A DNA stretch of 32,000 nt from Alkalilimnicola ehrlichii MLHE-1 (GTDB lineage: Bacteria > Pseudomonadota > Gammaproteobacteria > Nitrococcales > Halorhodospiraceae): assembly GCF_000014785.1 (NCBI RefSeq), contig NC_008340.1, forward strand, positions 960,001 through 992,000, written 5' to 3'. Of the stretch, positions 27,478 to 32,000 are shown piece after piece. A program made the position numbers and the translations under genes. The notes beneath the pieces were generated by a model. It was not told where the DNA came from. It did not search any database and saw only the letters and a program-made list of their open reading frames with translations. The stretch's first letter is position 1; each line of letters begins with the position of its first letter.

Positions 27478-28404
27478 TCAGAACAGCCAAAGGGTCAGCC
27501 AGAGCACCAGCGGCAGCGTGATGGCGGCCAGCGCGGTCTGCACCGTCAGGATGGTGGCCATCAGCACGGCATCACCCCCCAGTTGACGGGCCAGGATGTA
27601 GCAGGATGCAGAGGCCGGCACGGCGCTGAACAGCACCAGTACCGCCAGGGTCGTCTCCTCCAGACCCATCAGCCAACCCGCGGTGGCGGTGACCAGGGGT
27701 AGCACCAGCAGTTTGAGGGCGCTGGACACCGCCAGCGCGCCCGGGTTGCGCCCGATCTCGCCCCAGTACAGCCCCGCCCCCACGGCCATCAGCCCCAGGG
27801 GCAGGGCCGCCTGGCCCAGGCCATCAAGGAAGAGCACCGCGGCGCCGGGCAGCCCTGGGGTGAGCAGGTTGAGCAGGATGCCCACCACACAGGCCATCAC
27901 CAGTGGGTTGCGCAGAATGCTGCCGATCATGCCGGCGCCGGCCCGGTCCCCCTGATCCCCGTACCGCATCAGCGCGATCACCGCCAGGATGTTCACCAGC
28001 GGCACCAGGACCGCCAGGCTGATGGCGGCCAGGGTCAGGCCCTCATCGCCGAACAGCGCCACGGCGGTGGCCAGACCCACGTAGGTGTTCGGTCGCATGC
28101 TGCCCTGCAGGACCGAGGTGAACGCCGGGCCTCCCTTCGGCGTGCGTGGGCGCAGCAACAGCCACTGGGCCAGGTAGACAAGCAGTACCGCGCCCACCAG
28201 CACGGTGACAATGGGCAGCAGGTCCAGGGTGTGCAGCGGGGCCTCGGAGAGCCGGGCCACCAGCAGTGCGGGCAGCGCCAGGTAATAGGTGAGCTTCTCC
28301 GCGGTTGGCCAGAAGCCATCGGCGGCGAAGCCGGTGCGATAGAGGATATGCCCCAAGGCGATCAGCCCGAACACGCTGATCAGCGCCTCGACAGTGGAGC
28401 CCAT
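27478..28404 (-). CDS. AEC (auxin efflux carrier) family transporter
   Basis: About 308 aa polytopic membrane protein, MGSTVEALISVFGLIALGHIL.., with a two-halves AEC-like topology. The ATG at 28404 is preceded by AAGGGAG. Confidence 0.8.
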   Translation of the reverse strand: MGSTVEALISVFGLIALGHILYRTGFAADGFWPTAEKLTYYLALPALLVARLSEAPLHTLDLLPIVTVLVGAVLLVYLAQWLLLRPRTPKGGPAFTSVLQGSMRPNTYVGLATAVALFGDEGLTLAAISLAVLVPLVNILAVIALMRYGDQGDRAGAGMIGSILRNPLVMACVVGILLNLLTPGLPGAAVLFLDGLGQAALPLGLMAVGAGLYWGEIGRNPGALAVSSALKLLVLPLVTATAGWLMGLEETTLAVLVLFSAVPASASCYILARQLGGDAVLMATILTVQTALAAITLPLVLWLTLWLF

Positions 28405-28423
28405 GGCCACTCCCTTGCTGCCC

Positions 28424-28462
28424 AAGAAAAGAGGGTCGATCCGGCTGCCCGGATCGACCCTC
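28424..28462 (-). terminator. strong rho-independent terminator after the TRAP permease gene
   Basis: Perfect 14-bp stem GAGGGTCGATCCGG (28431-28444) / CCGGATCGACCCTC (28449-28462) with a 4-nt loop. On the minus strand it is followed by TTTTCTTGGG. Confidence 0.8.
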
Positions 28463-28515
28463 GCGGATGATACCGCAGAGTGGCGTCAGTATGCCCCACC
28501 CCACGTGGCGAGCGG

Positions 28516-30789
28516 CTATTGCCGCGGTGGGCCTGCCCCCTTGTCGGCGGAGGCCGCCAGCTCACCGGTCTGCTTTTTGAAGAGCAACTGCAGGGCGACC
28601 AGGACCCCGCCGATGGTGATGCCCAACAGGTCGGTCATCCAGCCGCCAGCAATCATCGACAGGGCACCGATGAGCAGGCCGATGCGCAGGAACCAGACCA
28701 TATGCCCGAAGAACCAGCCCTGTACCGATGCCGTCAGCAGGTAGATGCCGATACTGGCCGTGACCACCACGCGGGCGATCTCGCCCCAGGTGCCCTCGCC
28801 CAGCAGCGCCGGGCTGTAGAAGAACATGAAGGGCACGATGAATGCCGCCAGGCCCACCTTGAAGGAGGTGACCGAGGTGCGCAGCGGATCGGTGTTGGCG
28901 ATGGCCGAGGCCGCGTAGGCCGCCAGCGCCACCGGCGGGGTGATGGCGGAGATGACCGCGAAGTAGAACACGAAGAAGTGCGCCACCAGCGGGTCGATCC
29001 CCAGCCGTTGCAGGCCGGGTGCTACCACCGAGGCGGCCACCGCGTAGGCCGCAGTGGTGGGCATGCCCATGCCCAGCAGGATGCTGATGCACATGGCGAA
29101 GAACATCGCCAGCAGTTGGCCGCTGCCCTCGATGGTCCAGTTGATGATGGGGATGGTTACATCCACCTGGGCGATGCCCAGCAGCATGGAGGCAAAGCGC
29201 GCGCCCACGCCGGTGAGACTGATCACGCCGACGATGATGCCGGCACAGGCGCAGACCGCCACCAGCGGGATGGCCATCTTGGCGCCCAGCTCCAAGGCCC
29301 GGAGGATGGCCCGGGGGCCCATCCAGTGCGGGGTGAGCCAGGAGACCACGGCGGCACTGATCATGGCCACGGTGCCGGCGCGGATCACCGAGTAGCCCAT
29401 GAACAACGCCCCGATCAGCACGATAATCGGGATGAACAGGTAGACCTTGCGCAGCATGTCGCCGAGCTGCGGTAGCTGGTCACCGCGCAGGCCGGTCATG
29501 CCCATCTTGCGGGCCTCCAGGTCCACCATGAAATAGACGGACAGGAAGTAGAGCACCGCCGGGATGATGGCGGCGATGGCCAGCTCGGTATAGGGGATGC
29601 CGGTGATCTCCGCCATGATGAAGGCACCCGCCCCCATGATCGGCGGCATGATCTGTCCGCCGGTGGAGGCGGCCGCCTCGATGGCCCCCGCGCTGCGCGG
29701 GTGGTAGCCCACCTTCTTCATCAACGGGATGGTCAGGCTGCCGGTGGCCACCACGTTCCCCGCCGAGGTGCCGTTGATCATCCCCATCAGCCCGGAGGCG
29801 AAGATCGAGACCTTGGCCGGCCCGCCGCGGGCCCGGCCGGCGGCGGCGAAGGCGAAATTCACGAAGTAGTCGCCCACCTTGGAGGCCTGGAGGAAGGCGG
29901 CGAAGGTGATGAACAGGATGATGTAGGTGGACGAGACGGCCGTGGTCGGTCCGAGGATGCCGTTGTCGGTATAGACATAGCTGAAGAAGCGCGGGAAGGA
30001 GTAACCACGGTGCTCCAGGATGCCCGGCAGCCACGGGCCGGCGAAGGCGTAGAACAGGAACACACCGGTGATGATGACCAGCGCCAGCCCGGCCACCCGG
30101 CGCGTCATCTCCAGGATGAGGAGGATCCCGGTGAGCGAGACCAGGAACTCGGTGGTGCCGACGAAGGAGGTGCCGGCGGCCATACGCCAGCGGGCCAGGG
30201 CGAAAATAATGAACGCGGCCACCACGATGGCGGCCAGCGACAGCAGCCAATCGGGCCAGTGCACCCGATTGGCGGGGCTGTGAAAGATCCAACTGGAGAG
30301 CAGGGCGATACCGGTGCCACCGATCAGCGCATAGCGCATGTGTTCGAAGACCCAGTCCGGCGGGTTGGGCTGGCCACCCACTTCACGCAGGTACCAGGCC
30401 AGGCCGATACAGAAGGCCGCGTAACCGATGGCGGTGGCGCTGGCCAGCAGGGGCACCAACTGCGGGGTGGTCAGCGCCCGCGGATTGGCGGTGCGGTTCA
30501 GGGTGGCCGCGGTGGTCAGCAGGAAGCCGATGACTAGGCCCCCCGCCACGTGGCTGATGCGGAAGGCCCAGGTCTCCATCGGGGCAACGTTGAGCGAATA
30601 GAGATGGAAGGCCGTGTAGAGCACGCAGATGCTGTAGAGCAGCCAGCGTTGCCAGCCCGCCACGTCGCGCTCATTGTGACCGAGGGGGATTTCGGTCACA
30701 TCTTCTACGGCCACCTTGGGGGCGTCCGGTGCCTGGGGATCCTTGTCGTCGGGTGCCGTGTTCTGATTGTCGTGTCGTTGTGAATTCAT
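28516..30789 (-). CDS. TRAP transporter fused (4TM/12TM) permease, TAXI type
   Basis: About 757-761 aa highly hydrophobic protein directly downstream of a TAXI-family binding protein. The start is either ATG at 30789 or GTG at 30801. Confidence 0.88.
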   Translation of the reverse strand: MNSQRHDNQNTAPDDKDPQAPDAPKVAVEDVTEIPLGHNERDVAGWQRWLLYSICVLYTAFHLYSLNVAPMETWAFRISHVAGGLVIGFLLTTAATLNRTANPRALTTPQLVPLLASATAIGYAAFCIGLAWYLREVGGQPNPPDWVFEHMRYALIGGTGIALLSSWIFHSPANRVHWPDWLLSLAAIVVAAFIIFALARWRMAAGTSFVGTTEFLVSLTGILLILEMTRRVAGLALVIITGVFLFYAFAGPWLPGILEHRGYSFPRFFSYVYTDNGILGPTTAVSSTYIILFITFAAFLQASKVGDYFVNFAFAAAGRARGGPAKVSIFASGLMGMINGTSAGNVVATGSLTIPLMKKVGYHPRSAGAIEAAASTGGQIMPPIMGAGAFIMAEITGIPYTELAIAAIIPAVLYFLSVYFMVDLEARKMGMTGLRGDQLPQLGDMLRKVYLFIPIIVLIGALFMGYSVIRAGTVAMISAAVVSWLTPHWMGPRAILRALELGAKMAIPLVAVCACAGIIVGVISLTGVGARFASMLLGIAQVDVTIPIINWTIEGSGQLLAMFFAMCISILLGMGMPTTAAYAVAASVVAPGLQRLGIDPLVAHFFVFYFAVISAITPPVALAAYAASAIANTDPLRTSVTSFKVGLAAFIVPFMFFYSPALLGEGTWGEIARVVVTASIGIYLLTASVQGWFFGHMVWFLRIGLLIGALSMIAGGWMTDLLGITIGGVLVALQLLFKKQTGELAASADKGAGPPRQ

Positions 30790-30892
30790 GGTTGGATTCA
30801 CTGTCCGTTGTCAGGCTTTTGGCCCGTTTGCGGATAGGGACCTGTCAGGGAAACCGACTGCCGAGTCAGTTTTCAGTCGCCCTGACAAACAG

Positions 30893-30927
30893 AACCCCCA
30901 CCCGCGGATGCGGATGGGGGTGGGGTT
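30893..30927 (-). other. intercistronic hairpin between the TAXI receptor and the permease
   Basis: On the minus strand: AACCCCACCC..GGGTGGGGGTT, about 10 bp with one bulge, followed by CTGTTTG. This is typical of SBP-permease attenuation or stabilisation hairpins. Confidence 0.4.
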
Positions 30928-30945
30928 GCCGGTGCCGCGTGGCGC

Positions 30946-31932
30946 TTAGCCGCGCAGGTCATCCGGGATGTCGAATCCGTTCTCTTCGAACCAGCGCACC
31001 GCGCCCGGGTGGAACGGAAGCCAGTCGTTGACCTCCCAGTTCTCCGGCAGCGTTTCCTTGGAAGCGCCGTGGATCTGCACCATCTCATCGTTGTTTTCCA
31101 TCACCGTCTTGGTCACACCATAGACCAGACTCTCCGGCATGTCCTTGTGAGTGATGGCAAAGTTCCAGATGGAGATGGCCGGGATATCGGCGTCCAGGGA
31201 TTGGTAGGCGTCGCCCGGGACGCTGGAGCCGACCAGCTCGGGGAAGGCCTCCAGAATGGCCTCCTGATCGGCTTCAGCGATGGAGAAGATGTTGACGTCG
31301 GCCTGGGCCTCGGCCTGGCTGAAGGCGGAGATCGGGATGCCGGCGGCGAAGGCGAAGGCATCGATCAGGCCGTCCTGGAGCTGGCCCACCTGGTCGGAGG
31401 CGCCGCCGTTACGGGTGCGCACATCCAGACCGAGCTGCTCGAAGAACTGGGGCCAGTACATGTCAGCGGTGCCGCCGGCCGGGCCGATGCCCACGGTTTT
31501 GCCGTCGAGATCCGCGACACTCTCAATGCCGGACCCGGACAGGGCGATGACCTGGAAGGCCGTCTGGTACATGGGGAACACTGCGCGGATGTCCTTGTGC
31601 TCCAGGCCCGGTGCCAGTTCGCTTTCGCCCTCCCAGGCCGCCAGCGCGGGGCCCATGGTGACCATGCCGAATTGGTGATCGCCGGTCTGCACCAGGGTGG
31701 CGTTCTGGACCGGGCCGCCGGTGACCTCGGCGCCGGCGTTGATGTCCAGCGCTTCGCCCACCATGTTGGCCCAGCCGGAACCGTAAATGAAGTAGGTGCC
31801 GCCCTGGCTGGCGGTGCCCACGGTGATGCTGCGCGGCCAGTCGCCGCGGTCGTCGGCGATGGCAGCGCCACCGGCGGCCAGCGCCGCGCCGGCGCACAGG
31901 CTTACGAATACATTGCGGGTGCTGTTAAGCAT
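30946..31932 (-). CDS. TAXI-family TRAP transporter solute receptor
   Basis: MLNSTRNVFVSLCAGAALAAGGAAIA signal peptide, ..ITVGTASQGGTYFIYGSGWANMV.. TAXI signature, 328 aa from the ATG at 31932. Confidence 0.88.
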   Translation of the reverse strand: MLNSTRNVFVSLCAGAALAAGGAAIADDRGDWPRSITVGTASQGGTYFIYGSGWANMVGEALDINAGAEVTGGPVQNATLVQTGDHQFGMVTMGPALAAWEGESELAPGLEHKDIRAVFPMYQTAFQVIALSGSGIESVADLDGKTVGIGPAGGTADMYWPQFFEQLGLDVRTRNGGASDQVGQLQDGLIDAFAFAAGIPISAFSQAEAQADVNIFSIAEADQEAILEAFPELVGSSVPGDAYQSLDADIPAISIWNFAITHKDMPESLVYGVTKTVMENNDEMVQIHGASKETLPENWEVNDWLPFHPGAVRWFEENGFDIPDDLRG

Positions 31933-32000
31933 TGTAATGACATCTCCGCTGATGGCTTCACGGGAAAATCCGGGGCCTGCCACCCAGGGCGGGCCCATGC

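Noticed and set aside
28480-30537. Plus-strand ORFs (28480..29475 and 29701..30537) opposite the TRAP permease
   Set aside because: They are antisense to a clear polytopic TRAP permease. The peptides are dominated by G/D/H/R/E runs.

Overview
High-GC gammaproteobacterial chromosome segment: typical coding lines I counted are about 70% GC. The composition looks Chromatiales/Ectothiorhodospiraceae-like, but the taxon cannot be determined from this window.

The backbone is a housekeeping block whose order matches what I recall of Pseudomonas aeruginosa PA4549-PA4569. It runs rplU-rpmA-obg-proB, rpsT (opposite strand), murJ-ribF-ileS-lspA-ispH, then a type IV pilus minor-pilin cluster. Downstream lie psd, an MNT/HEPN toxin-antitoxin-like pair, an SCO1/SenC protein, prmB and an M48+TPR lipoprotein peptidase. 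After those come a ydbH/ydbL-type envelope locus, recQ, a degenerate solo MNT-like gene, an AEC transporter and a TAXI-type TRAP transporter. No rRNA, tRNA, CRISPR array or transposase was recognised.

Points worth a second look:
1. The minor-pilin cluster has no pilY1/pilY2. That slot holds two ~400-aa PilX_N paralogs. The second carries a beta-solenoid-like C-terminal domain inside a ~1.2-kb patch at 43-47% GC that also covers the 3' end of the convergent psd.
2. A lower-GC MNT/HEPN cassette is wedged between psd and the SCO1 gene.
3. Two mosaic REP/BIME-like repeat clusters sit in convergent intergenic regions 10 kb apart. They share modules at about 95% identity, and one includes a 29-bp tandem array.
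4. The ydbH-ydbL locus has no room for a separate ynbE, so a YnbE-YdbL fusion is possible.
5. Upstream of rplU the synteny breaks, with small coupled ORFs and a decayed, lower-GC frame.

Many long ORFs in the six-frame track are antisense or shadow ORFs typical of high-GC DNA and were rejected.
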